Shown here piece after piece: positions 27,568 through 37,879 of a DNA stretch of 64,000 nucleotides (positions are counted from its first letter, which is position 1; every line of letters begins with the position of its first letter). The notes beneath the pieces are model-generated. The model was not told the origin of the DNA, searched no databases, and was given only the letters and a program-made list of their open reading frames with translations. Position numbers and translations under genes: made by a program. Source of the stretch: Bacteroidota bacterium (GTDB lineage Bacteria; Bacteroidota; Bacteroidia; Chitinophagales; Chitinophagaceae); NCBI GenBank assembly GCA_018971025.1, contig JAGWVE010000003.1, positions 894-64,893 on the forward strand, read 5' to 3'.

Positions 27568-28005
27568 TTAAAAATCATCGTCATCGTCATCAAATCCACC
27601 ATTCTTATCATCAAATAAATCAAACTCATTAAAGTCCTCGTCTAATTTAAAATCATCTTCTTCAGAAGCGGCGCCTTTCTTTTTAGGACCTGCAGGTTTT
27701 TTGGTTTTACTTTTTGGTAAATCAAATTCTGCAAAATCTGGATCCCAGCTATCGTCTTCTTCACTAGCATTCCAATCGTCATTTTCTTCTTCCTCATCAA
27801 AATCGTCATCGTCGTCATCGACAGATTTTTTTGACGCGGATTTACTACTAGATTTTTTTGGCGTTGACGTTTCGTCATCGTCTTCAAAATCATCATCATC
27901 TTCATCTAATTGTTTTTTACTTTTAGAAGAAGCTTTTGGAGCAACTTTTTTGTTAGCTGCTTTAGGGGCTGAGGACTTTTGATCCTTATCAGATTTAACT
28001 GCCAT
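27568..28005 (-). CDS. highly charged low-complexity protein (alternating Lys/Ser-rich and Asp/Glu/Phe/Trp-rich blocks)
   Basis: 145 aa from the ATG at 28005. It lies between pabB and purA on the same strand. No family recognised. Confidence 0.55.
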   Translation of the reverse strand: MAVKSDKDQKSSAPKAANKKVAPKASSKSKKQLDEDDDDFEDDDETSTPKKSSSKSASKKSVDDDDDDFDEEEENDDWNASEEDDSWDPDFAEFDLPKSKTKKPAGPKKKGAASEEDDFKLDEDFNEFDLFDDKNGGFDDDDDDF

Positions 28006-28093
28006 ATTTCTAATAAGATTTACTGCGTAAAATTTCAACGCAAATTCCTTTTATCCAAATAAAAATGCAAAAAAATTTAAAATATTTTTTCTC

Positions 28094-29356
28094 CTAAATT
28101 TTTACTATTTGTTCACGTCCTGGTCCGTTTGACACATAAGTTACAGGTGCGCCAATATAATTATTGATAAAGTCTACGTAGGTATTCATGGTAGCAGGAA
28201 GTTCAGACGCCAACTTTAATTGTGTGGTATCCATATTCCAGCCTTTAAATGCTTGTAAAACAGGTTCTATTTCAATATTTGACATTTGGAAAGGCACTTC
28301 TTGCGTAGTTGCCCCATCGATTCCGTAAGCTGTACATACTTGTAACTCTTCAAAGGCGTCTAAAACGTCGGCTTTGGTCATTACTACCTGTGTTACCCCG
28401 TTAATCATACACGCGTATTTAAGGGCCACTAAATCGATCCAGCCGCATCTGCGCGGACGTCCGGTGGTTGCGCCAAATTCACTTCCTATTTTTCTAATTT
28501 CTTCACCCACACTGTCGTGTAATTCGGTAGGGAATGGGCCGCCACCTACTCTGGTGCAATATGCCTTGGTAACGCCAAAAACTTCATTGATTTGTTTTGG
28601 TGAGACGCCAAGACCTGTACATACACCCGCAGAAATCGTATTAGAAGATGTAACAAATGGGAACGTGCCAAAATCGATATCCAGCATGCTACCTTGCGCA
28701 CCTTCCGCTAACACTTTTTTACCTGCTTTAATTTGATCGTTGATATAATATTCGCAGTTGATTACATTGAGTGTTTTTAAAAACTCAAGGGCTTCAAAAA
28801 ACTCTTCTTCCCATGCTGATATATCTTCAATGAAATGAAAATTATCCAATAATTTTTGGTGCTTTAAACGAAGCTTAATGTATTGAGTGGTAAAGCGCTT
28901 ATCTAATAGGTCGCCTACTCTTAAAGCGTTACGACCTGTTTTGTCCATGTAGGCTGGTCCAATACCTTTAAGGGTAGAACCAATTTTACTTTCACCTTTA
29001 GAAAGTTCAGAAGCCTTATCAAGCGCACGGTGTGTAGGAACAATAATATTGGTACGCGCAGAAATAAATAAATTTTTGCGTACATCAATACCAAATGCTG
29101 CTACTGCATCACATTCTCTTTTTAGTGTTACTGGGTCTAGTACCACACCGCCGCCAATAATATTGATTTTGTTTTGGTGAAAAATACCAGAAGGTATTTG
29201 GTGAAGTACCATTTTTTTGCCTTCTACATATAATGTGTGTCCGGCATTGGGTCCGCCCTGAAAGCGCGCAACAATATCATAATTGGGCGCAAAATAATCT
29301 ACTATTTTACCTTTCCCTTCGTCACCCCACTGTAACCCTAATAATACGTCAACCAT
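28094..29356 (-). CDS. purA: adenylosuccinate synthase
   Basis: LQWGDEGKGKIVD, GPNAGHT, TTGRPRRCGW. ATG at 29356. Confidence 0.95.
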   Translation of the reverse strand: MVDVLLGLQWGDEGKGKIVDYFAPNYDIVARFQGGPNAGHTLYVEGKKMVLHQIPSGIFHQNKINIIGGGVVLDPVTLKRECDAVAAFGIDVRKNLFISARTNIIVPTHRALDKASELSKGESKIGSTLKGIGPAYMDKTGRNALRVGDLLDKRFTTQYIKLRLKHQKLLDNFHFIEDISAWEEEFFEALEFLKTLNVINCEYYINDQIKAGKKVLAEGAQGSMLDIDFGTFPFVTSSNTISAGVCTGLGVSPKQINEVFGVTKAYCTRVGGGPFPTELHDSVGEEIRKIGSEFGATTGRPRRCGWIDLVALKYACMINGVTQVVMTKADVLDAFEELQVCTAYGIDGATTQEVPFQMSNIEIEPVLQAFKGWNMDTTQLKLASELPATMNTYVDFINNYIGAPVTYVSNGPGREQIVKI

Positions 29357-29374
29357 AATTTCAAATTTGAAGGA

Positions 29375-29382
29375 CAAAAATA
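29375..29382 (-). promoter_or_regulatory. -7 box TATTTTTG (purA)
   Basis: 18 nt upstream of the ATG at 29356 (minus strand). Confidence 0.45.
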
Positions 29383-29405
29383 AGTCTTGAAAGTCCTAAT
29401 AAAAA

Positions 29406-31667
29406 TTAATTTTCTGCTTCTGCGTCAAACCGGTCTACGGTTTGGATGCCATGTAGTGATTTTAGCCTAGAAACAAGTAATTCTAGTTCCTCTTTATCGT
29501 GTACAAATACTTTTATAGTACCCTCAAATAGGCCTTCTTTGGATTCGATGGTAAGGCCTGCAATATTGATGCGGAGATCGCCACTAATGATATTGGTAAT
29601 TTTATTAATAACACCAACATCATCTAACCCTACAATTTTAAGGCCAGTTAAGAACGATATTTCTTTGTTTTTCGCCCATTTGGTTTTAACCACTCGGTGT
29701 CCATAGTTGGCTAGTAATTGAGTAGCATTGGGGCAGTTGGTTCGGTGTATGATCAGTCCCTTTCCGGTACTCACAAATCCAAACACATCGTCACCTGGAA
29801 TCGGATTGCAGCATTTTCCCAGCGCGTACATGATTTTGTCGCTACTTTCTCCAAAAATGATGAGTTCCGAGTCTTTTTTAGAGTAGGTTTTGGCAGCCCC
29901 AGCCTCTGTGCTTGTTTCCGGGATGGTGGGCTTTGGTTTAGGTATTTCTATTTTGTCACCTAGTACTAAAAAGTCTTTAAGTTCTTTAAGGTCAATAGAT
30001 TTGGTAGCAATTTTATAATGTAAATCCAGTGCCGAAGGAAGTTTGTAAAAATGTACGAGCTCTTCCATATTATGCTGGCTATAAGCAGCACCCATACTTT
30101 CTAATTTACGTTGAAGCACATATTTACCATCTTCAGCGATGGTTCTTTTTTCTTCACGTAATGCATCTTTAATTTTATTTTTTGCTTTCGCTGTTACCAC
30201 AAAACCAAGCCAATCTTCGGAAGGTTTTTGTTTGTTACTTGTAATAATTTCTATTTGATCGCCACTGCGTAATACATGACTTAACGGCACTAATTTGTGT
30301 TGCACTTTGGCGCCAATACATTTGGAACCTACTGCAGAGTGAATGGCAAACGCAAAATCAAGTGCGGTACTTCCTGTGGGCAACATTTTTACTTCACCCT
30401 TTGGTGTATACACATAAATTTCTTCTGCTAAAAAAGACGTTTTAAAATCTTGTAAAAAATCGAGACCTGCGCCGTCTTGTGTACTTAACACTTCTCTGAT
30501 TTGACCAAACCATTTATCAAATCGGTCTTCGGTGTCATTGCCTTCTTTGTATTTGAAATGTGCAGCTAAACCTTTTTCTGCAATTTCATTCATACGCTTA
30601 GACCTGATTTGAACCTCTACCCATTTACCTTGCGGTCCCATCACGGTTGTGTGCAAAGCCTCGTATCCATTGCTTTTGGGGTTGCTTAGCCAGTCTCTTA
30701 AACGCTCTGGCGATGGCATGTATTCGTCTGTAATTGTAGAATATACTTTCCAACAATCTTCTTTTTCTTTTTCGGGTGCGGAATCTAAAATAATGCGAAT
30801 CGCAAATAAGTCGTACACTTCTTCAAAAGCAACGCCTTTCTTTTTTATTTTATTCCAAATCGAGTGAATACTTTTTGGTCGTCCATAAATTTCAAATTCA
30901 AAACCACTATTGGTTAATTTTTCTTTGATAGGTTTTACAAACTCATTGATATATCTAGTGCGTTCTCTTTTTGTTTCTGCTAATTTTTTTGCAATGTCTT
31001 TGTATGCAGCAGGCTCCATGTATTTCATGGACAAATCTTCGAGCTCTGTTTTTACATTGTACAGTCCCATCCGGTGCGCAAGCGGCGCATATACCCAAAT
31101 GGTTTCGGAAGCAATTTTTAGTTGCTTTTCTGTTTTCATGAAATCTAGCGTACGCATATTGTGTAAGCGGTCTGCTAGTTTAATAAGTATCACACGAGGA
31201 TCATCGGTGAGGGTTAATAAAATCTTTTTAAAATTTTCGGCTTGCTGCGAAGTATTGGTGTCCATTACCGTAGAAATTTTGGTAAGGCCATCTACAATTT
31301 TTGCAATTTCTGTTCCAAATTCACGCTGCACATCTTCGAGCGTAATATCGGTGTCTTCGACCGTATCATGTAAGAGTGCGCAAATGGTACTTCTAACACC
31401 AAGGCCAATTTCCTCTACACATATCATGGCAACGGCAATGGGGTGTAAAATATACGGCTCCCCACTTTTACGACGCATGGTTTTATGCGCATCGGCAGCC
31501 ATTTCAAAAGCCTGTCTAACAAGTTCTTTGTCTCCTTTTTTTAATTTAGGTCGAAGGCTTCTAGAAAGGGCACGATAATGCCTAACGATTTCGTTTTTTT
31601 CCTGCTCGGCGTTTAAATTATATTTGGGAAGTGCAAGTTGGGCACTCATTTGCGGGTCCTGATCCAT
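29406..31667 (-). CDS. bifunctional (p)ppGpp synthetase/hydrolase, RelA/SpoT family
   Basis: HD hydrolase domain (HPIAV...LLHDTVEDT), synthetase domain (GRPKSIHSIWNK, YEALHTTV), then TGS and ACT regions. Confidence 0.95.
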   Translation of the reverse strand: MDQDPQMSAQLALPKYNLNAEQEKNEIVRHYRALSRSLRPKLKKGDKELVRQAFEMAADAHKTMRRKSGEPYILHPIAVAMICVEEIGLGVRSTICALLHDTVEDTDITLEDVQREFGTEIAKIVDGLTKISTVMDTNTSQQAENFKKILLTLTDDPRVILIKLADRLHNMRTLDFMKTEKQLKIASETIWVYAPLAHRMGLYNVKTELEDLSMKYMEPAAYKDIAKKLAETKRERTRYINEFVKPIKEKLTNSGFEFEIYGRPKSIHSIWNKIKKKGVAFEEVYDLFAIRIILDSAPEKEKEDCWKVYSTITDEYMPSPERLRDWLSNPKSNGYEALHTTVMGPQGKWVEVQIRSKRMNEIAEKGLAAHFKYKEGNDTEDRFDKWFGQIREVLSTQDGAGLDFLQDFKTSFLAEEIYVYTPKGEVKMLPTGSTALDFAFAIHSAVGSKCIGAKVQHKLVPLSHVLRSGDQIEIITSNKQKPSEDWLGFVVTAKAKNKIKDALREEKRTIAEDGKYVLQRKLESMGAAYSQHNMEELVHFYKLPSALDLHYKIATKSIDLKELKDFLVLGDKIEIPKPKPTIPETSTEAGAAKTYSKKDSELIIFGESSDKIMYALGKCCNPIPGDDVFGFVSTGKGLIIHRTNCPNATQLLANYGHRVVKTKWAKNKEISFLTGLKIVGLDDVGVINKITNIISGDLRINIAGLTIESKEGLFEGTIKVFVHDKEELELLVSRLKSLHGIQTVDRFDAEAEN

Positions 31668-31708
31668 ATCTTTTACGAATATACGAATTAGCCCGCTTTT
31701 TTTGTGCT

Positions 31709-31716
31709 TACATTTG
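31709..31716 (+). promoter_or_regulatory. -7 box TACATTTG (ABC exporter)
   Basis: 9 nt upstream of the ATG at 31726. Confidence 0.45.
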
Positions 31717-31725
31717 CAGTTCAGT

Positions 31726-33543
31726 ATGAGTACGTCTGCACCTAAAAAAGTTTTTAGTTTTTCATTGTTGGTTCGGGTTTTTAAATTTGTAAAACCTTAC
31801 CGAGCCCAGTTTTATGGTAGTGTCCTACTCGCGGTTGTGATGGCCGTTTTTGCGCCGGTTCGTCCTTATTTAATTCAGCTAACGGTAGATATGGCTACCG
31901 GAAAATCAGTGCATGTTCCGGGCTGGCTTACTCTTTTTATTGCCAAGCAGCATTTGTCGGACGCTTCAAAATTTATTATTGCTGTAACGCTTTTTCAGGT
32001 AGTGTTTTTATTTGTTGAAACGGCTGTTCGGTTTTTCTTTTCATTTATGACAGCAGCCCTAGGACAGCGTGTGGTAAAGGATCTCCGCATAGCAGTCTAT
32101 GAAAAAATTGTAGGTTTACATTTACGTCAATTTGATACAACACCCATTGGAACACTCACCACTAGAACCATTGATGACATAGAAAGAATCAACGATATTT
32201 TTTCGGACGGCCTGATTCCAATCATTGCAGATTTACTTACCATTATTTGTACACTGGGCACCATGTTTTGGATTAATTGGCAACTCACGCTGGTGAGTTT
32301 AGCCCCTTTTCCAATCATGCTCATTGCTACTTATTTTTTTAAAGAAAGTGTCAATAAAAGTTTTGTTGAAGTGCGCAATGCGGTAGCGAGTTTAAATGCA
32401 TTTATACAAGAGCATTTATCTGGCATGGCTGTGGTGCAAGCTTTTGCTGCAGAAGGCAGAGAGCTTGGTAAGTTTAAAAAAATTAACGCCGAACACCGCC
32501 TCGCAAATATCAAAGCTATTTTTGCGTATTCTGTATTTTTCCCAATCGTAGAAGTAGTACTTGCCATAAGCACCGGATTACTAGTTTGGTTTATTGCTGG
32601 GAATGCACTAGACGCTGGCCTTTTAATGTCTTTTATATTGTATCTGAATCAGTTGTTTAGGCCACTCCGCGTGATAGCCGATAAATTTAATGTGCTTCAA
32701 ATGGGTATGGTAGCCGCAGAAAGGGTGTTTAAAGTGATGGACAATCCCGACCAAATGCCCCCAGATAGCGCTGATAGCATTGACGCTGGTGTTTTAAAAG
32801 GGAATATCGAATTTAAAGACGTTTGGTTTGCCTACAAAGAAGACCAATACGTTTTGAAAGGAATCAATTTTTCTATTGGGGCGGGCCAGACGGTGGCGCT
32901 TGTAGGGCATACAGGCAGTGGTAAAACATCCATTATTAGCCTCTTAAACAGGCTCTATACCACCCAAAAAGGTGATTTACTTTTAGATCAAAAACCGCTA
33001 ACCGCCTATACCCTAGAAAGCCTAAGACGCAATATTGGCGTGGTTTTGCAGGATGTATTTTTGTTTTCTGGATCCATACTCGACAATATTACGCTTCGAA
33101 ATCCAGCTATTTCGGAGGAGGAAGTGATAAATGCTGCAAAATTGATGGGTCTTCACGATTTTATCATGCAATTACCGGGTGGATACCACTATCATGTGAT
33201 GGAGCGTGGCGCTACTTTAAGTTTAGGGCAGCGCCAACTGATATCTTTTATTAGGGCTTTACTCTACAATCCATCGGTTTTGGTATTAGACGAAGCCACA
33301 TCTTCTGTGGATTCAGAAACGGAGTTACTCATCGAAAAAGCCACCGAAACCCTCATAACTGGCAGAACCTCAATTGTTATTGCCCACCGACTCTCTACCA
33401 TCAGAAAGGCCGATTTAATCATTGTACTCGACAAAGGGGAGGTTAAAGAGACTGGAAACCACGAAACTTTACTTCAAAAGAATGGTTTTTATGCCCGTTT
33501 GTACGAAATGCAATTTGAAAAGAAAGACCTCCTTTCTGTGTAA
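31726..33543 (+). CDS. ABC transporter permease/ATP-binding fusion protein (exporter type)
   Basis: TM half followed by Walker A GHTGSGKTS, signature LSLGQRQLISFIRAL, Walker B VLVLDEATSSVD. ATG at 31726. Confidence 0.9.
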   Translation: MSTSAPKKVFSFSLLVRVFKFVKPYRAQFYGSVLLAVVMAVFAPVRPYLIQLTVDMATGKSVHVPGWLTLFIAKQHLSDASKFIIAVTLFQVVFLFVETAVRFFFSFMTAALGQRVVKDLRIAVYEKIVGLHLRQFDTTPIGTLTTRTIDDIERINDIFSDGLIPIIADLLTIICTLGTMFWINWQLTLVSLAPFPIMLIATYFFKESVNKSFVEVRNAVASLNAFIQEHLSGMAVVQAFAAEGRELGKFKKINAEHRLANIKAIFAYSVFFPIVEVVLAISTGLLVWFIAGNALDAGLLMSFILYLNQLFRPLRVIADKFNVLQMGMVAAERVFKVMDNPDQMPPDSADSIDAGVLKGNIEFKDVWFAYKEDQYVLKGINFSIGAGQTVALVGHTGSGKTSIISLLNRLYTTQKGDLLLDQKPLTAYTLESLRRNIGVVLQDVFLFSGSILDNITLRNPAISEEEVINAAKLMGLHDFIMQLPGGYHYHVMERGATLSLGQRQLISFIRALLYNPSVLVLDEATSSVDSETELLIEKATETLITGRTSIVIAHRLSTIRKADLIIVLDKGEVKETGNHETLLQKNGFYARLYEMQFEKKDLLSV

Positions 33544-33618
33544 GTTTTGAGCCAAAAAAAGCCCGTTTTTTCTTCAATTTTAGTTGCTTTCTTTTACTGA
33601 TTTCAGGGGTATAATCCC

Positions 33619-33626
33619 TATCTTTG
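33619..33626 (+). promoter_or_regulatory. -7 box TATCTTTG (atp operon)
   Basis: 20 nt upstream of the atpB ATG at 33647. Confidence 0.55.
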
Positions 33627-33646
33627 CCGCAAATTTCGAGAAAGGT

Positions 33647-34792
33647 ATGACGTTTAGAAGCATTAAATCTTTACTGGTAAAGACTTTCAGCGTTTTTTCG
33701 TTGCTGTTAGCGACCCAGGCATTTGCTGGGGAAAATCACACGCCGGCCACTCCAGAGGCGGGTGCTGTAGCGCCTGTTACCGCAGAAGCGCATGGTGCGA
33801 AAAAAGAAGGTGATTTTAATGTAACCGAAACCATTTTAGAGCATATCAAAGACGATCATAGCTGGCATTTGTGGGGACATAACTCACTTCATTTACCAGT
33901 AATCTTAAAAACGTCTAAGGGCTTCGAAGTTTTTTCTTCCGAAAAATTAGTAGATGAGCACCATGAGCCTGTTGTTTACAAAGGCAATTTTGATTACAAA
34001 CTTATAGAGGGTAAAACAAAAATTGTGGATGCTGCCGGAAACGTTGATGAAGAAGCGAGCAAGCAACTCTGGGATTTTTCTATCACTAAAAACGTAGCAA
34101 GTTTATTTGTATCCGTTCTTATTTTGTTAGTAGTGTTGTTAACAGCTGCTGCAGCGTATAAAAAAACGGGTGTTAAATCGGCACCCAAAGGACTTCAATC
34201 TTTTATGGAGCCCATTATTTTATTTGTAAGAGATGAAGTTGCGGTTCCAAATATTGGTGCTAAAAAAGCAGGCAAATACATGCCGTTTTTATTAACCATT
34301 TTCTTCTTGATTTTAACGAATAACTTTTTAGGACTTATTCCTTTTTTCCCAGGTGGCGCTAACGTGAGCGGTAATATTGCTTTCACCATGACACTCGCTG
34401 TTTGTGTGTTTATTGTCGTGAATTTGAGTGCTAACAAAAGTTACTGGGAACATATTTTTTGGATGCCTGGTATGCACTGGAGCATGAAATTATTTTTAGC
34501 ACCCATCGAGTTAATTGGGGTGTTTACAAAGCCTATCTCATTAATGATTCGTTTGTTTGCGAACATTACAGCAGGCCACATTCTAGTATTAAGTTTGATT
34601 TGTTTGATCTTCATATTCAAAACGGTTTTTGCTTCTGCAATTGCTGTTCCATTTGCTGTGTTTATTGGTATGATTGAGTTGTTGGTTGCATTTTTGCAAG
34701 CCTTCATCTTTACCATGCTTGCAGCAATGTATATTGGAATGGCCACAGAGGAGCACCACCATGATGCACATGGAGAAGCAGCACATCACTAA
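33647..34792 (+). CDS. atpB: F0F1 ATP synthase subunit a
   Basis: C-terminal TM helices with RLFANITAGH (essential Arg). The long N-terminal extension is typical of Bacteroidota. The ATG at 33647 lies 20 nt after a TATCTTTG box. Confidence 0.9.
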   Translation: MTFRSIKSLLVKTFSVFSLLLATQAFAGENHTPATPEAGAVAPVTAEAHGAKKEGDFNVTETILEHIKDDHSWHLWGHNSLHLPVILKTSKGFEVFSSEKLVDEHHEPVVYKGNFDYKLIEGKTKIVDAAGNVDEEASKQLWDFSITKNVASLFVSVLILLVVLLTAAAAYKKTGVKSAPKGLQSFMEPIILFVRDEVAVPNIGAKKAGKYMPFLLTIFFLILTNNFLGLIPFFPGGANVSGNIAFTMTLAVCVFIVVNLSANKSYWEHIFWMPGMHWSMKLFLAPIELIGVFTKPISLMIRLFANITAGHILVLSLICLIFIFKTVFASAIAVPFAVFIGMIELLVAFLQAFIFTMLAAMYIGMATEEHHHDAHGEAAHH

Positions 34793-34820
34793 AAAAATAA
34801 CAATAACTTTTTTTCAATAA

Positions 34821-35051
<231 letters not shown>

Positions 35052-35064
35052 TCCGTAAAATTTT

Positions 35065-35106
35065 ATACAAGGTCTCGCGCAAAGGGCAACAGACCTTGTA
35101 TTTTTT
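35065..35106 (+). terminator. terminator-like hairpin plus T6 tract between atpE and atpF
   Basis: Stem of 11 bp: 10 bp TACAAGGTCT / AGACCTTGTA plus a flanking A-T pair. 15-nt loop, followed by TTTTTT. Confidence 0.7.
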
Positions 35107-35130
35107 CAAGATTTTTTTTAATTAAGATAA

Positions 35131-35649
35131 ATGTCTTTTATGTTGTTAGAGATCAATCCGCTGGTATTACCTGATATCGGACTTGTATTCTGGAACACCG
35201 TTGCATTCCTTTTACTACTTGTAGTACTCGGAAAATTTGCATGGAAACCTATTTTAAAAGCGATCAATGATCGTGAGCAAGGTATCGAAGATGCTTTAGC
35301 AAAGGCCGATAAAATGAAATCTGAATTAGCAGCAATGCAATCAGAAAATGAGGCTTTACTTGCAAAGGCACGTGAAGAAAGAGCTACTTTAATCAAAGAA
35401 GCAAAAGAAACCGCTGACAAAATGGTTGCAGAGGCTAAAGAAAAAGCAAAAGCGCAGTACGATGCTATTGTGGCTGATGCACAAGTTGCCATCAATCAAC
35501 AAAAAAACGCAGCATTAACGGATGTAAAAAATCAAGTTGGTGCGTTAGTAATCGAAGTAGCTGAAAAAGTGTTACACAAAGAACTAAGCAACAAAGCTGC
35601 ACAAGAAACGTATATCAACGAATTAGCTGAAGGCGTTAAATTAAACTAA
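35131..35649 (+). CDS. atpF: F0F1 ATP synthase subunit b
   Basis: One N-terminal TM helix followed by a long charged helix rich in A/E/K. Operon position. Confidence 0.85.
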   Translation: MSFMLLEINPLVLPDIGLVFWNTVAFLLLLVVLGKFAWKPILKAINDREQGIEDALAKADKMKSELAAMQSENEALLAKAREERATLIKEAKETADKMVAEAKEKAKAQYDAIVADAQVAINQQKNAALTDVKNQVGALVIEVAEKVLHKELSNKAAQETYINELAEGVKLN

Positions 35650-35654
35650 GCAAA

Positions 35655-36218
35655 ATGCCCAATCCAAGATTAGCAAGCAGGTATGCAAAAAGTTTATTAG
35701 ACTTAGCCATTGAAAAAGGGCAGTTAGATGCAGCTTATGCAGACATGAAATATTTGCAGGCAGTATGTGCGGCTAGTGCAGAATTTGTAAATCTTTTGCG
35801 TAGCCCAATTATCAAGGCCGATCAAAAAAATAGCATTATCACAGCAGTTACTACTGGAAAGGTTAGTGAACTTACAGCTTCTTTTAATAACCTACTCGTT
35901 AGAAAAGGAAGAGAAAGTGATTTGCCTGAAATTGCAACTGCCTTTGTAGAACAATACAATGCTTTAAAAGACATTCATAAAGTTACGCTCACTACTGCTG
36001 TAGAAGTAAGTGCTGAATTACAAAATGCCATTGCGCAAAAAGTAAAAACAGCACATTCATTTGCAAGTGTAGAATTAACATCAAAAGTAGACCCTTCCTT
36101 AATTGGTGGGTTTGTGCTTGAGTTTGATAACAACTTAGTAGATGCAAGTGTAGTTAGAGATTTACGAGATATTAAAAAACAATTTCAGCAGAACTTATAT
36201 GTTCCGCAGATGAAATAA
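35655..36218 (+). CDS. atpH: F0F1 ATP synthase subunit delta
   Basis: RYAKSLLDLA N-terminus, IGGFVLEFDNNLVDASV near the C-terminus. Operon position. Confidence 0.85.
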   Translation: MPNPRLASRYAKSLLDLAIEKGQLDAAYADMKYLQAVCAASAEFVNLLRSPIIKADQKNSIITAVTTGKVSELTASFNNLLVRKGRESDLPEIATAFVEQYNALKDIHKVTLTTAVEVSAELQNAIAQKVKTAHSFASVELTSKVDPSLIGGFVLEFDNNLVDASVVRDLRDIKKQFQQNLYVPQMK

Positions 36219-36252
36219 ACAATAACAAATCATCATTTATAAATAGAATATC

Positions 36253-37830
36253 ATGGCCGACATTAAACCCGATGAAATATCAGCGATACTCAGACAGCAA
36301 CTAAGCAATTTTAATGCAAGTGCTGATTTAGAGGAAGTAGGTACCGTATTACAAGTGGGAGACGGTATTGCCCGTGTATATGGCCTTAACGGCGTACGCA
36401 GTGGTGAACTAGTAGAATTTGAAAATGGAACCAAAGCCATTGCCCTTAACCTTGAAGAAGACAACGTGGGTGTGGTATTGATGGGCGAAAGCGGCTCTAT
36501 CAAAGAAGGTGCTAAAGTTAAAAGAACTGGTAAAATTGCCTCTATTAAAGTAGGTGAAGGTGTTGTTGGTCGTGTGATCAATACACTTGGTGAGCCTATC
36601 GATGGTAAAGGTCCAATTGCTGGTGAATTATATGAAATGCCACTTGAGCGTAAAGCGCCGGGTGTAATTTATCGTGAGCCAGTTAAAGAACCATTACAAA
36701 CAGGTATCAAAGCTATTGATGCGATGATTCCGGTAGGTCGTGGTCAACGTGAGCTCGTAATTGGTGACCGTCAAACTGGTAAAACTGCCATTTGTGTTGA
36801 CACCATTATCAATCAAAAAGAATTTTACGATGCAGGCAAGCCTGTATATTGTATATATGTAGCAATTGGTCAAAAAGCATCTACTGTTGCTGGTGTTATG
36901 AAAACCCTAGCTGACAACGGTGCTATGGCATACACAACAATTGTTGCTGCTCCTGCTGCGGATCCAGCTCCATTACAATTCTATGCGCCATTTGCGGGTG
37001 CAGCGATTGGTGAGTACTTCCGTGATACCGGTAGACCTGCTTTAATTGTATTTGATGACTTATCTAAACAAGCAGTTGCTTACCGTGAGGTATCATTACT
37101 TTTAAGAAGACCTCCTGGACGTGAGGCATATCCTGGAGACGTATTCTATTTGCATAGCCGTTTATTAGAGCGTGCTGCAAAAGTTATCGCTAACGATGAA
37201 GTTGCTAAAAACATGAATGACTTACCTGCTTCTATCAAGCATTTGGTAAAAGGAGGAGGTTCATTAACGGCACTTCCAATTATCGAAACACAAGCGGGTG
37301 ACGTTTCTGCATATATTCCTACCAACGTAATCTCTATTACCGATGGTCAGATTTTCTTAGAGGGTAACTTATTTAACGCAGGTATTCGTCCAGCGATTAA
37401 CGTAGGTATCTCTGTAAGTCGTGTGGGTGGTAATGCGCAGATTAAGTCAATGAAAAAAGTGGCAGGTACCCTTAAATTAGACCAAGCTCTATACCGCGAG
37501 TTAGAAGCGTTCTCTAAATTTGGTGGAGACCTTGATGCTGCTACTAAATCTGTAATTGACAAAGGTGCACGTAACGTAGAAATCTTAAAGCAAGCTCAGT
37601 ACACGCCATTTACCGTAGAAAAGCAAGTTGCGATCATCTACTTAGGTACACAAGGTTTACTTCGTGAAGTAGCTGTTAAAAACGTAAAAGAATTTGAAGC
37701 TCATTTCTTAATGGAAATGGAAAACAAATTACCTGAAGTTTTAGCTGCCTTCAAAAAAGGAGATTTACCTGAAGATGGCCTTAACAAAATGGTTGAATTA
37801 GCTAAAGGGTTAATGCCTCAATACAAATAA
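36253..37830 (+). CDS. atpA: F0F1 ATP synthase subunit alpha
   Basis: GDRQTGKTA Walker A, full-length 525 aa. Confidence 0.97.
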   Translation: MADIKPDEISAILRQQLSNFNASADLEEVGTVLQVGDGIARVYGLNGVRSGELVEFENGTKAIALNLEEDNVGVVLMGESGSIKEGAKVKRTGKIASIKVGEGVVGRVINTLGEPIDGKGPIAGELYEMPLERKAPGVIYREPVKEPLQTGIKAIDAMIPVGRGQRELVIGDRQTGKTAICVDTIINQKEFYDAGKPVYCIYVAIGQKASTVAGVMKTLADNGAMAYTTIVAAPAADPAPLQFYAPFAGAAIGEYFRDTGRPALIVFDDLSKQAVAYREVSLLLRRPPGREAYPGDVFYLHSRLLERAAKVIANDEVAKNMNDLPASIKHLVKGGGSLTALPIIETQAGDVSAYIPTNVISITDGQIFLEGNLFNAGIRPAINVGISVSRVGGNAQIKSMKKVAGTLKLDQALYRELEAFSKFGGDLDAATKSVIDKGARNVEILKQAQYTPFTVEKQVAIIYLGTQGLLREVAVKNVKEFEAHFLMEMENKLPEVLAAFKKGDLPEDGLNKMVELAKGLMPQYK

Positions 37831-37849
37831 TAGCACTGTCTATATTTTA

Positions 37850-37879
37850 AAAAGCCTCCACTTTTGTGGGGGCTTTTTT
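37850..37879 (+). terminator. intrinsic terminator after atpA
   Basis: AAAAGCCTCCAC-TTTT-GTGGGGGCTTTT forms 12 bp with one G-U pair and runs into a T6 tract. Confidence 0.85.

Noticed and set aside
30910-31578. A 222-aa ORF antisense to relA/spoT, the longest antisense ORF in the window.
   Set aside because: It starts at a TTG. The product is Ser/Cys/Val-rich with no recognisable motif, the typical look of the reverse strand of a conserved gene. The frame is offset by one nt from relA codons, so stops there depend only on NNT-CAN or NNY-TAY dicodons in relA. I see no promoter box or independent signal. Only Ribo-seq could rescue it.
34748-34789. His-rich C-terminal tail of AtpB (EEHHHDAHGEAAHH).
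   Set aside because: It is probably a lineage-specific tail. Without an alignment I cannot tell whether it is unusual, and no functional inference is possible from sequence alone.
35118-36581. Antisense ORFs of 125 aa (35118-35495) and 114 aa (36237-36581) opposite atpF and atpA.
   Set aside because: They are Ala/Ser/Leu/Thr/Pro-rich mirror translations of strongly conserved genes. There is no independent evidence for them.
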